In this document: positions 17,937-28,800 of the stretch, piece after piece
How the letters are laid out: every line of letters begins with the position of its first letter
How positions within the stretch are numbered: position 1 is the stretch's first letter
Virus record (IMG/VR): IMGVR_UViG_3300044530_000382
Coordinates: 1-48,009 of that record
Length of the DNA: 48,009 bases
Strand: one strand, 5' to 3'
Source: a virus
Lineage: Duplodnaviria > Caudoviricetes
The notes under the pieces: generated by a model
What the model was told of the DNA's origin: nothing
The model's database searches: none
What the model saw: the letters and a program-made list of their open reading frames with translations, nothing else
Position numbers and translations under genes: made by a program

Positions 17937-18346
17937 GTCTTGTTGTACAAATAGTACCTTTAGAGTATGTTCACTCTGTCTTTGAGCACGTGATGGAGTA
18001 CATAGACAATGCCCTGCAGTATTCTCACGGTGACTACACTCTGGACGAAGCGCGAGTATACATAGCGAATGGTGACTGGCAGTTGATGATTGCAGTAGAT
18101 GAAGACAACTCTGTGCATGGCTGTGCGGTTATCTCTTACTTCAATCGTCCTAGAGCGCGGGTTGCCTATGTGATCGCGGCAGGGGGCAAATTTATTACGG
18201 ACAAGGATGTAATACAACAGTTTTTCGGTTTGCTGAAAATGCACGGAGCCACGTGTGCAGAAGCCGCCACTAGAAATGCTATGGCTAAGTTGTTAAAGCG
18301 CTGCGGGTTTGCTGAAAAGTACCGCATTGTCGAATGTGAACTTTAG
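17933..18346 (+). CDS. GNAT-like protein
   Basis: TTG start; pattern V.GCAV...AYV...GG ... EA..R...A.LL.R.GF suggests an acyltransferase fold, as found among podovirus internal-protein genes. Confidence 0.5.
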   Translation: MSLVVQIVPLEYVHSVFEHVMEYIDNALQYSHGDYTLDEARVYIANGDWQLMIAVDEDNSVHGCAVISYFNRPRARVAYVIAAGGKFITDKDVIQQFFGLLKMHGATCAEAATRNAMAKLLKRCGFAEKYRIVECEL

Positions 18347-18363
18347 AATTTAAGAGGCTAATT

Positions 18364-20922
18364 ATGGGCGGTCAAGCAGCTATACCTACAGAAACTCAAT
18401 CCATCCAAGCCTATAATCCGAATGCGCTGGATTGGGCTAACTTTGCGCTGAAGCAGCAGATGCAGGGATTGCAGATGCAGTATTACACTCCATTGCTCAA
18501 AGACACGATGGAGAAGCGCAAGCTGTATAAAGGTGTGGTAAACAACGACCCAGAAGCCCTGCGCCAGTTTTCTGGTATGCCCAAGGGTGCTACACCGCAG
18601 CAAGTCCTAGACCGTATCAACGCCTATCGCGGCAGAGGAACACCGAATCCTCTCATGCCCAATCCGCAGATGCCTTCGGCTATGGGTGCCCCTGATGCTT
18701 ACACACAGGCGCGGCAGAATAAGTTGGCGCAAAGTCGTGACATGGCGGACCTCATGGGTGTCAGAAACCCCTATGCAGAAGACCCCGGTAAGATCGACAC
18801 GGCTGTTCAAAAGATGGCTGAAATAGATAGGATGGTGCAGCAAAAGAGAAACCTGAGCCAAGACATGGCGAACCTTGTAGGCGTACAAAACCCCAACCTG
18901 CAGAAAAAAGCAGCGGGTGGCATCATGCAACTCAAGGGGTACAAAAATGGTAAACAGACGAAGAAGACTGCGGAACCCAAAGCAGAAAAAGCTAAACCCG
19001 GCCTGAATCAAGACCAAGCGGCGTTTGTTCAGCAGATGGGTAAGTTGATGGAATCAGGCAAGACGCCTACTCAGGCTCAACAGGATAGGCTCAATAAGAT
19101 TGAAGGGCTTACGGGTCGGGATGTATCCCCCTATTCCACTGCAGGTACTATAGCTCCGACGAACAAAGGTGTCGCTAACGCGGCTACTCGGATGAGTACG
19201 GCGTTTAATAAAGGACAGGGAACTACAGAAGAAACCAAAGAACCCACACCCAACGTAGTCAGTGAGATGGGGCAGTTTCCTAGGACTCCGGGCGTTAAAA
19301 TTGATCCTAATAACCCACTTGCCCCGCCAGAATATACCAATCCTTGGATCAACACTGCTCTTAATTACGCTAACCAAATGCAAGCTCCTTCCGAGTGGGG
19401 TCAAGCGAGTGGTATGTTTGGCACAGCGGCACAAGGGCTTCAAGGATTAGCAGGGTACACTCCTCAGCAGGTAGCCTACAGTAATGCGGCGGCACAACAA
19501 GGTGCGGCTGAAAGAGCCGCTGCTTCCCAAATGGGGTCTATTGCCGATGTCAGTGCTGATCGTGTAAATCTGGGTCAGTACAATATCAACGCGGCACAAA
19601 TGCAGCGACCAGAGGATGTAGCCGCTAGAGAGATCGAAGCTAAGAATATCCTAGGCGCTCAGATGCAACGCCCAGAAGATGTACAGGCGCAAGCATTACA
19701 ACGCTATCAGATGGACGCTACGGCTCCTATTTCTACTCAAGACCTTGAAGCCTTCCAGATGGCAGGGCCGGGGTCTTGGACGGATGAGGGGGTATCTTCC
19801 AAGTATATGAGCCCCTACATGCAAGGGGTTGTCGATATTTCCAAGCGCGAGGCAGAGCGCGACTATACCAAGCAGATGAATGCGCTGGCAGCTAAGGCTA
19901 AGTCAGCAGGTGCTTTTGGTGGTGCTCGTCAAGCCTTGGAGCGGTCTGAAGCGCAGCGTAACTTTAATCAGCAGTTGGGAGATATCCAGACTAAAGGAAT
20001 GCAGCAGGCGTATGAGTCTGGTCGTTCTCAGTATGGGCAGGAGCTAAGCCTCTCCCAGCAGGCAGGTTTGCAGAATCTTCAATCTAAACTGAGCACTCAG
20101 TCTCAATCCTCACAACAGGCACTGCAGGCGATGCTCTCTAACCAGACTATCGACTATCAAACCAAACTGCAGAATCTGCAGGCTATGCTCGGCGTACAGA
20201 GTCAAGAAGCTCAGCAAATGCTGAATGCGTCTTTGGCAAACCAACAGGTTGGGTTGACTACAAACCAACAGAACCTACAGGCAGAAATGCAAAAACAGCT
20301 TGCCAATCAACAAGCGGGCATGACCTCACAACAGGCGAACCAACAAGCATCCCTGCAAGCGGCTCTGGCTAATCAACAGTCGGGTCTTACATCAAGCCAG
20401 ATCAATGCTCAGCTTGCACAACAAGCAGCGTTGGCTAATCAAGGAGTAGGTGTACAGGGCGACCTAGCCAATCAACAAGCGGCACTTCAAGCAGCATTGG
20501 CAAACCAGCAAACTCAGTTTGGTGTAGGGTCTTTGAATGCCAATCTAGCTAACCAAGTCGGATTGCAGAATGCTAGCTTGGGGACTCAGGCTTCTCTACA
20601 AAATGCTCAGTTGGGTACAAACGTCAACCTTGCCAACTCCCAATACGGCCTGCAGTCGCAGATGGCTAACCAACAAGCGGGGCTTCAAGGAAATCAGCAG
20701 AACATCGGCGCTTACAATGCGATGGGCAACATGGCTCAGGGGCTTGGTGCTATAGGCAATCAGAACGCGGCATGGCAGCAGAACCAATTTGGTAACTTTG
20801 CTAATATCGCCAACTGGACACAACAGCTTAATCAGAGTGCTTATGATAGGGAGGCAGGCTTTAACCAAGGTGTTATTGGTGGCTCTCGTATGCCCGGCCA
20901 ACCTCCTGCTACACCATCATGA
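18364..20922 (+). CDS. Gln-rich putative ejection/pilot protein
   Basis: YMSPYMQGVVD...AGAFGGARQ motif plus many QAALANQQ-type coiled-coil repeats. Confidence 0.65.
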   Translation: MGGQAAIPTETQSIQAYNPNALDWANFALKQQMQGLQMQYYTPLLKDTMEKRKLYKGVVNNDPEALRQFSGMPKGATPQQVLDRINAYRGRGTPNPLMPNPQMPSAMGAPDAYTQARQNKLAQSRDMADLMGVRNPYAEDPGKIDTAVQKMAEIDRMVQQKRNLSQDMANLVGVQNPNLQKKAAGGIMQLKGYKNGKQTKKTAEPKAEKAKPGLNQDQAAFVQQMGKLMESGKTPTQAQQDRLNKIEGLTGRDVSPYSTAGTIAPTNKGVANAATRMSTAFNKGQGTTEETKEPTPNVVSEMGQFPRTPGVKIDPNNPLAPPEYTNPWINTALNYANQMQAPSEWGQASGMFGTAAQGLQGLAGYTPQQVAYSNAAAQQGAAERAAASQMGSIADVSADRVNLGQYNINAAQMQRPEDVAAREIEAKNILGAQMQRPEDVQAQALQRYQMDATAPISTQDLEAFQMAGPGSWTDEGVSSKYMSPYMQGVVDISKREAERDYTKQMNALAAKAKSAGAFGGARQALERSEAQRNFNQQLGDIQTKGMQQAYESGRSQYGQELSLSQQAGLQNLQSKLSTQSQSSQQALQAMLSNQTIDYQTKLQNLQAMLGVQSQEAQQMLNASLANQQVGLTTNQQNLQAEMQKQLANQQAGMTSQQANQQASLQAALANQQSGLTSSQINAQLAQQAALANQGVGVQGDLANQQAALQAALANQQTQFGVGSLNANLANQVGLQNASLGTQASLQNAQLGTNVNLANSQYGLQSQMANQQAGLQGNQQNIGAYNAMGNMAQGLGAIGNQNAAWQQNQFGNFANIANWTQQLNQSAYDREAGFNQGVIGGSRMPGQPPATPS

Positions 20923-22802
20923 AAACAGCCAACGTATATGAAATAGAGCGGGCGCTTCAGCAGCCTATTACACCCCAGCAGCGGCAGACAGCCGCTGCCA
21001 ATAACCCCGTCGCTGCCTTGTTAGCACAAAGGTTAGATGGTGTAGAAGGAAGTCTACGTACCAAAATGCAAACCCCTCCACCTCCACAGGGTACTGTTAT
21101 GAATCAATACTACCAATGGCCTCAACAGCAATCGGAAATGGGTCTGGCTCAGCCGGGTCTTGAACAGATGGCTCAGCAGTATGCTGCCGGTGGGCTCGTT
21201 GCTTTTGCCGATGGTGGCCCTGTTTATGATGTAGATGGTGGTGATGCTTACGCTGATGGTGGCCTAGCCTCCATGCTCCCGATGGGCTACGCGGGTGAAG
21301 ATGATGTGCCTGTGTTTAACGGATATGCCTATGGTGGGAATGTTCTAAAAAGCGTTTTCCCCGCTACGTTTGATGAAGACGAGTACGATGCGGGCGAAGG
21401 TGATTTTGGTGATGTAGGCTCCGGTGCTTATGGGCTGTCTGAAGAAGATGTAGCGCGGGATATAAGGGACAACGACATTGCTAGCCGTGTAGCTGAAGAA
21501 GAGGCTATGAAGCGCTACAGCGCTGGACCGGGAGATATTATTGGCACGGGAGTTGAAGGAGCTAAGAAAGTAGGCTCCGCTCTTATGGATATGGCCTTCA
21601 TCAAAGACCCTGCATGGGAAGCGCGGGAAAAAGCGAAAGAGGCCGATTACTATAAAACCACCGCTCCCCCTCCTAGCCGAAGCAAACCAGCAGAGCAAGG
21701 CATAGCCGCTGTGCCTACAGAAGAGCCGGGTCTTTTGGATCGTCTAAGAACCTTGCTTCCACAGAACACTGAATCTGGCGAAGATAGAAAGCAGAAAGAA
21801 GCCGTTGCGGAGAAAGGAGCCGCAAAAGCCGCAGAAGTTGCGGCGATGGAAAAGCCTACTACGGCGAGGAGAGCCTCTGTCTCTGTGCCTTCTGCTAACC
21901 CTGTTCGTTTGGCATCTACCTCTGGTATTCCGGGGCTTGAACCTATCCCTGCTGAAGAAGAAAGGAAAAAAGTGGCCGCACAAGCAGGAAGGGAGGTAGA
22001 AGCGGAATTCAGCCAACCTTCAACTCCTGCACAAGCCCCAGAACAACGTGCTATAGCACAACAAATAGTGGAAAGCAAACTCACTGCAGATCAGCAAATC
22101 GCTGCTCTTGCCAAATACTTCCAGACCGACACCTCTGAGGCGATGCGTATCAAGGGTGAGATGGAGAAAGAGAGTGCTCATGCAGGCAATGTCGGAATCA
22201 TGGCGGTACTGGCAAACGCTCTGGGTATGGGGCTAGGCACTTACGGTACAGGTGCGGCTCGCTGGGGTGCTGGTCTGATGGCAGGTGCTCAGGGAATGAT
22301 GAGTGAAGAGAAAGCGGCAGCTGCAAGGCAAGACGAGATAAATAAACTACGTAGAGAGATCGCAGAGTCTCCCAATAAACAGCATAACGAAGCGGCTAAG
22401 ATGTACTTTGATATTCTTAGAGAACAAGGTAAGTTAAGGAGCGCCGAAGACATTGCTAGAGCGAAAGCTATACAGCAACAGAAAATGGCGGAGTACAACG
22501 CCGCTAATAAAGAGAGCCAATTCGTTAGAAGTGAATCAGGTAAAAACGCTCGTACAGCGCGGATGGTAGGTACTAGAGAGCAGGCGGAAATGAATGAAAA
22601 GATGAAAACCGCTCAGAACCTAGAGCGCTATTACAGAGACAGCACTGACTACCGAATTGCTTCGGAGGAAGAAAGGATACGCAGAATTGCTGAGATTTAT
22701 GCTGGGCAGGGCTTAACTCCTCCGGGGGCGGTGAGCAGTCAAGGTGCAGGAATGCGCCCCATTATTACTCGTAGTGGTATACAATCTCCCTCTGCTCCGT
22801 AA
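20919..22802 (+). CDS. putative internal virion protein
   Basis: ATGA coupling; cluster of YAAGG/FADGG/YADGG/YAYGG motifs; Gly-rich amphipathic segment. Confidence 0.6.
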   Translation: MKTANVYEIERALQQPITPQQRQTAAANNPVAALLAQRLDGVEGSLRTKMQTPPPPQGTVMNQYYQWPQQQSEMGLAQPGLEQMAQQYAAGGLVAFADGGPVYDVDGGDAYADGGLASMLPMGYAGEDDVPVFNGYAYGGNVLKSVFPATFDEDEYDAGEGDFGDVGSGAYGLSEEDVARDIRDNDIASRVAEEEAMKRYSAGPGDIIGTGVEGAKKVGSALMDMAFIKDPAWEAREKAKEADYYKTTAPPPSRSKPAEQGIAAVPTEEPGLLDRLRTLLPQNTESGEDRKQKEAVAEKGAAKAAEVAAMEKPTTARRASVSVPSANPVRLASTSGIPGLEPIPAEEERKKVAAQAGREVEAEFSQPSTPAQAPEQRAIAQQIVESKLTADQQIAALAKYFQTDTSEAMRIKGEMEKESAHAGNVGIMAVLANALGMGLGTYGTGAARWGAGLMAGAQGMMSEEKAAAARQDEINKLRREIAESPNKQHNEAAKMYFDILREQGKLRSAEDIARAKAIQQQKMAEYNAANKESQFVRSESGKNARTARMVGTREQAEMNEKMKTAQNLERYYRDSTDYRIASEEERIRRIAEIYAGQGLTPPGAVSSQGAGMRPIITRSGIQSPSAP

Positions 22803-22820
22803 CTTTTCTCGTGACATCCT

Positions 22821-25800
22821 ATGGCTACAAACACAGGCTTAGCAGCGCTTTTTGATCCTTCTTACCAGACGGGTGATCCAGAACTAGATGCGCTGTTTGG
22901 TCTGACAGGTCAGCCAGTAGAAGACCTTCCTCCGTTAAGGTATCCAGAACGAGGGGAGATAGCTGGGATAGAAGCGCCGGTAAGAGGTGAAGCCCCATTA
23001 CCAATAAAAACAGGGAAAGGGGGTAAAGGCACAGAGAACCTCAAGTCGGCTTACCAATACTTTGTAAGTCAAGGCTTTGCTCCACATCAAGCAGCGGCTA
23101 TCGTAGGTAATCTAGCCCAAGAATCAGCAGGTAGAACTACGGCTGTTGGAGGGAATGTACTTCCTAACGATCCTCATTCTGTTGGGTTAGGGCAATGGAA
23201 TAGAGAGAGACTCTATGGCGGGAAGGGCTATGTCGGTTTAATACCCTTTGCCAAACAACGCGGGTCTTCGCCAGAAGATTTGCAAACGCAGTTAGATTAC
23301 GTCATGCAGGAACTGCGTGGCCCAGAACGGGCGGCATATAATAGCTTAATGCAGGCGGGGTCTTTAGAGGAAGCCACTAGAGTCTTCGGTAAAGCCTATG
23401 AACGCCCCAGAGAAAAATATGCTGATTATGGCAATCGTATTGCTCAGGCTAGAAAATACTTAGGTGCCGAAACTCCTGACCTCGTAGTAAGCCAAACTCC
23501 ACAAGGACTACAGAAAACGCAACAAGAGTCTCCATACTATCCCGTTCGTTTGAGCGATGGTCAGGTGTTCGATGTAGAAAAAGGCATGGGGCTGGATGAA
23601 GTCGCTACCATGCTCCAGCAAAACAACATCAATGCTAAGCCTCTACGTTCTTACGTGGCTCCTGATGGGCAGGAGTTCGATGTTGAATACGACATGACTG
23701 ATGATGAAATTCAGAACATGTTGAAAGGGCAGAAGCCAGTTGCGCCAGAAGAATCTAATTATCTAGGCGCTTTGAAATATGGAGCGCAGCAGGCTGTTTC
23801 CGGTATTGCTCAAGGTGCTGGTACGGAAATAGGAGAATTAGGGAAAGCGGTAGAAGGTTTCAGTCCAACAATCGGGGGCTACCTCCAAGAAAAAGGCCCG
23901 CAACTCCATGCTTATGGTGAGCAGCTGGGCAAAGATATCGAAGGCACTTACGAGCGACCTAAAGGCTTGGGTTTTGTTGAGGAGAACGTAACCTACCCCT
24001 TAGCCGAAACCGTTGGGGGTGTGGCTCCTTATGCTGGAGCGTTTATGGTTCCGGGTGTCGGCCCTGCACTTGGTACAGCCGCTGTCCATGCTGGCAGTAT
24101 GGGAGAGCTAGAGTCAAGAGCCGAAGCGCAAGGTAAAGAGTTTGTTCCTAGCGAAGCCCGCCCGTATGCGGTGCTTGACGACGTTGCCAATATGATCGGC
24201 TTGAATGCTACCAACAAGCTACTCAAGGCTTTCGGGCAAGATGCCATTCTAGGATCACGGGAAGCTATTAAAGCTGCGGTAGAGAAAGGTGGTATAGAAG
24301 AAGCTAGGAAAGTTGTTGGCTCTCGCATTGGTAATATAGCGAAGCAATTCTTGGGTGCTGAAGCAGGGACTATTGGTGGGGAAGTAGTTGAAGATGTCAT
24401 TGGCCGCGCTTATACAGACCAACCGCTGATAGGCGAAGATGCCTTTAATGAATACTGGGAAACCACTAAACAGATGGCTCCCTTGGGCGGTGCTACCGGA
24501 ATCGGTAGGGGTTTTACAGAGCACTACAACAAAGCTACTGAATTTGCCCGTCTTGAAGAGCAAGCCGCTGTAGAAGAAGCCCTGCAGGAACAGGACGCGC
24601 AGCGCCAGAAAATAGAAGAACTTGCCACGATTGGTGTTACTCCAGAGCAGCTTCAGAAGTATGGGGTGCGTAATGAACTTGAAGGACTGAGTGATGAAGA
24701 ACTTCTAGAAAGCTTCAAGGCAGACCTTGCGGAGAAAGAGGTGGCAAAAGCCGCAAGACTTGCGGAGCTTCCAGAAGAACTGCGTGATATTCCCTACCGT
24801 GAAGCAAAGCGCTATCAGCAGATGCTGGAAGAGCAAGAAGCAGGAATAACAGATGAAGAAAATATTGAACCTGTTGAAGAACAGCCTGCACCTGTTGAGT
24901 CTGTTAGTGCTAATCCCCCTGTTGCCCCTGAGATGGGTGCCGTTGAAATACAAGCAGAACCAGAAGCCGACGAAATCCCAGAGCCGACGATAAGAGGTAG
25001 AGCGCCTGAAGTAGTACCCGAAGCAGCAGCTGAAGTAACGAACCCTGCAGATATCTTGGGGCTAAATAATCGTTCTGGTTTGCGTAAGCAACTGCAAGGG
25101 TTTGACATAAACAACGTCGAAGACCATCCCAAGATCGAAGGCATACTACAGAAGACATCGGCTACGTTCTCTGCTGAGAATCTAGCTAATCTCGAAAACA
25201 AAATGAAGGAGGTGCAGAGTGCCAACGGTATCCAAGTCCCAGCAGCGCCTGATGTTGGCGGCAAGCCACAACCCGAAATTCGCCAAGAAGGTAGGGGTGC
25301 CCCAGAAGGTGGCGAAGGAGTTCGTATCAGCCGACCAGAAGTTAGGCAAGTTGAAGAAATCAAAATCCCCGAAGGGATCAAAGTAGAAGACCTACCGAAT
25401 AACCGCTTCCGTATCACAGGTGTAGATTTAGATACCGCACAACAAACACTTGTCTCTGCCAAGATACCGAAGGGGAGCCGAAACGAAGAGCTAGGCGGGC
25501 TTGAGTTCAACAACAAAGTACGCGACAAAGTGCTAAGCACACTGCAGCCGCAGGCCGAAATGCAAGCTGTTCCAAAAGTAAAAACGCCAGAAGTCCCTGC
25601 CGCTCCAAAGATTAAAGCACCGAAGGTTGAAACGCCAGAAATAAAAAACCTATATAACGAAGCTCTTCAGCATGTACAAAGCACAGGTGTTGCTAGCATT
25701 TCCGGCCTGCAGCGCAAGCTAAAAGTAAACCATAAAGAAGCTAACGAGCTGATGAACCGCCTGCAGCAAGATGGTTATGTTAGTGCTCCTGAAAGCAATG

Positions 25801-28800
25801 GTTCACGGTATGTGCTAGATAAAAAGGCAGAAACACCCACAGCACAAAAAATAGAGGGTAAAACCAAAGTAGTCGATGAACAGGGTAATCCGCGTGTCAT
25901 GTATCACGGCACTGGGGACATCATTAAAGCGTTCGATAGAGAAGGCTTAGGCACTCACTTCACATCTGACCCAAAGGTAGCATCCGCCTTTGCCGAGTCT
26001 TTTGACGAAGGTGCTAATGTTTTGCCTGTTCGCCTTGATATAAAAAACCCCCTTCGCGTAAAGGACTTTGGGGGATCGCATTCAGAAGCTACATTCGTGG
26101 CTGAAGACTTTATAAAACAAGGTATTCTTCCTAAAAATTATGTGGATGACGCTTTCTACGCCAGAATTATGAAAGGTGTGGCAGGTGAAAAAGCTAATGA
26201 AATATACCAACAAAACAATGCTAAAGAGCTTTCTAAAATTCGTCAGGAGATAGAAAAGCAGGGGTATGATGGCCTTGTATACGACAACAAAGTAGAAGGC
26301 GGCGGGGATACATATATAGCTTTCCGTCCAGAACAGGTTGAATCCGCTATAGGAAAAAATAAAGAAACTGAGGTAGCGAAGCTACCGGAGCACATCGAAG
26401 CATGGGATAACCTACGCACCGCAGATCAACCTGCCTTTGAATCGCTCTCTAAAGATACTCAGAAGCTATGGAGAGATGAGTACAAAGCAAGCGAAGGGAT
26501 TGTAGGCAAGGATGCGGTAGATGAATTAGCAAAAAGTGAAAAGTTATTCACCAAAGAAGCCAAAGCTTCAAACCCTGATGTTGGTATACGCCCTGTAAAA
26601 GTTGAAGACTACAGCGACATAAAAGACACCAGAGAACTTGTTAAGCGGTACAAGGAAAAAGGTACTGATCCTGAGTTATTGAAGCTCATGGACACAATCA
26701 ATGTGTCTCCTCATTTGGGGGCTTTGCCTGTTGAGTGGGTGCAGAAAGGGGACAAACCTCACTCCGATGTAGTGGACGCATTTAATAAAGGTGCTACAGC
26801 AATGGTGGCATGGGGCGAAAAGACCGGCCCTAAAATGTATATCCGTGCTGACGCCCCGTTGCGTGAAGATATCCTTGTGCATGAAGCTGTGCATGGTGTG
26901 ACTGAAGCAGCGCTCCAAAGGAATCCAGCATCTGCCAAAGAACTTTCTGATTTATCCAAGCAGATTGGGTATTCGCTTTCTGAAGAGTACAGGATGGCGC
27001 ATGGCTCTAAAGGCAAAGAAGCGAGTGACTTTTGGAATGAGGTCATCAAAGATAATCCGGGCGAACTGCTGGCATACGGCTTGACTTCCCCTACGTTCAG
27101 AGAAGTGTTAAGTCAGTATGGGGCGGATGGCAAACCGTTCAAAGCATATCGTACTGAAGCTGAATTGAATGCTGTTCGTAAAGGACAAGAGAAACCGGCT
27201 AGGGCGTTCACCGCGCAGGCACCTAAAGAACTTACGTTGTGGGATAAGTTTGTTGATGCTGTGGCTAAATTGTTTGGCCTGCCTACTTCTCGTAAAGCTG
27301 AGTTCAAACGCCAGCTGGATGAGTACCTAAACAAGAAGTCTACGTATGAACAGAAGGTAAAGGATTACAACACTCTCCGTCCTTTGCAGGAACGGCTTGA
27401 CACTGCATTTAAGGAAGCCCTTAAAGAGACTTCAAAGAAAGGTATCGACTTTGAAGGAACCGCAGTTAAACAAATAAAAGAAGAAGCTGAGCGTACCACC
27501 CCCCTCGTCAAAGAAACAGAAGTGGAAGGCCCAACCGAGGCAGAACTCAAAGAAGCGGAGAAACGCCTCAAAGCTTCCGGTCTGGTCGGTGCTGTAAAAG
27601 ATAAGACGTTTGGTGATAAATTCAAAGGTGTCATCAACGATCTCTTCAAAGAAGGGCGCAACACTTCATTCGTCGCTGAGTACGTAGATATCCGTGAGCC
27701 TATCTCCAAGGCAGTGCAGGATTTGCCGGATAATGTAGGACAGAAGCTACGTAGTGATTACATATACAGCGCCTATGAGCAACGAGGAAATGTTATCCAA
27801 GAGTCTTACCGCAAAGGCTTTGTGGCTATGGGGCGCGATGGCACTATTGAAACTGTGGCTGACAAGCAGCTTGCTCTTGCTGAAATCTTTAAGCGGGTGG
27901 GAGCCAAGAACCATAATCTGTTTAATAATGTTCTTGTAGCGTTGCGTGTCCGTACTATACGTGCTCAGGATGCTGAAACCAGAGCGCAAGCCAATAAGAT
28001 GCTCAACATGGCTGACGAAATGGAAGACTTTGCCAGTACCCTAAAGAATCCGGCTAAACGTAAGAAGTTTAATAGTGCCGCACGAAATCTTCGCACTGTA
28101 GCAGAAAAGAAGCTGGAGAGCATCAACTGGGATAAGGGGCGCACTGAGTTTACCGATGAAGTAGTAAAACGGGCGGAGACGGTGCTTGCTGGTCATCCTG
28201 AGTTAGTTAACGAAGCCGAGAACGTCTATGCACTGCTACGCAAGCAGGTAGACCTGTGGGAAAACGAGGGGATGATTGACAAGGCTACGGCAGATGACTG
28301 GCGTAAGTACCCCAACTATTTCCCTCTGTACAAGACGGAGAAGTATGACGAGCAGCTAGCCAACCCCTCTGCCCATCTCGATAGCTACGGTGCCATGATG
28401 GGTAAAAACCCTGATAAGCTGCCTAAGGTCCACAGGCAGGAGTGGCATGAGCACAAAGTCTTTGTCGAGGATAACCTTCTTCGCCATATCACCTTTTTTG
28501 CTTCTGCTGCCGCTGAGCATTCTGCGCGTAAGAACACTGCCTACAACCTTGAGATGGTAGGCAAAGCAGAGCGCGTGAAGAAAGACGCATGGGGCGATAA
28601 AGACCTCATTGTGAAGTTCAGAGAGAATGGCAAGGACGTGTTCTATCGCGTTGACGATGTTCCTTCCTATTATGCGATGCAGTCGGCCATGCCTCTCATG
28701 AGTCCTCTTCTGAAGCGTATGCGCCAAGCAGGTAACTTTGGACGGGGTGTGATGATTAAGAACCCGTTGTTCTGGTTCCGCCAGTCAATTCGAGAGCCCA

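Noticed and set aside
22704-22711. KOPS-like GGGCAGGG (also at 47958-47965)
   Set aside because: A few copies are expected by chance in 48 kb; no enrichment seen by eye.
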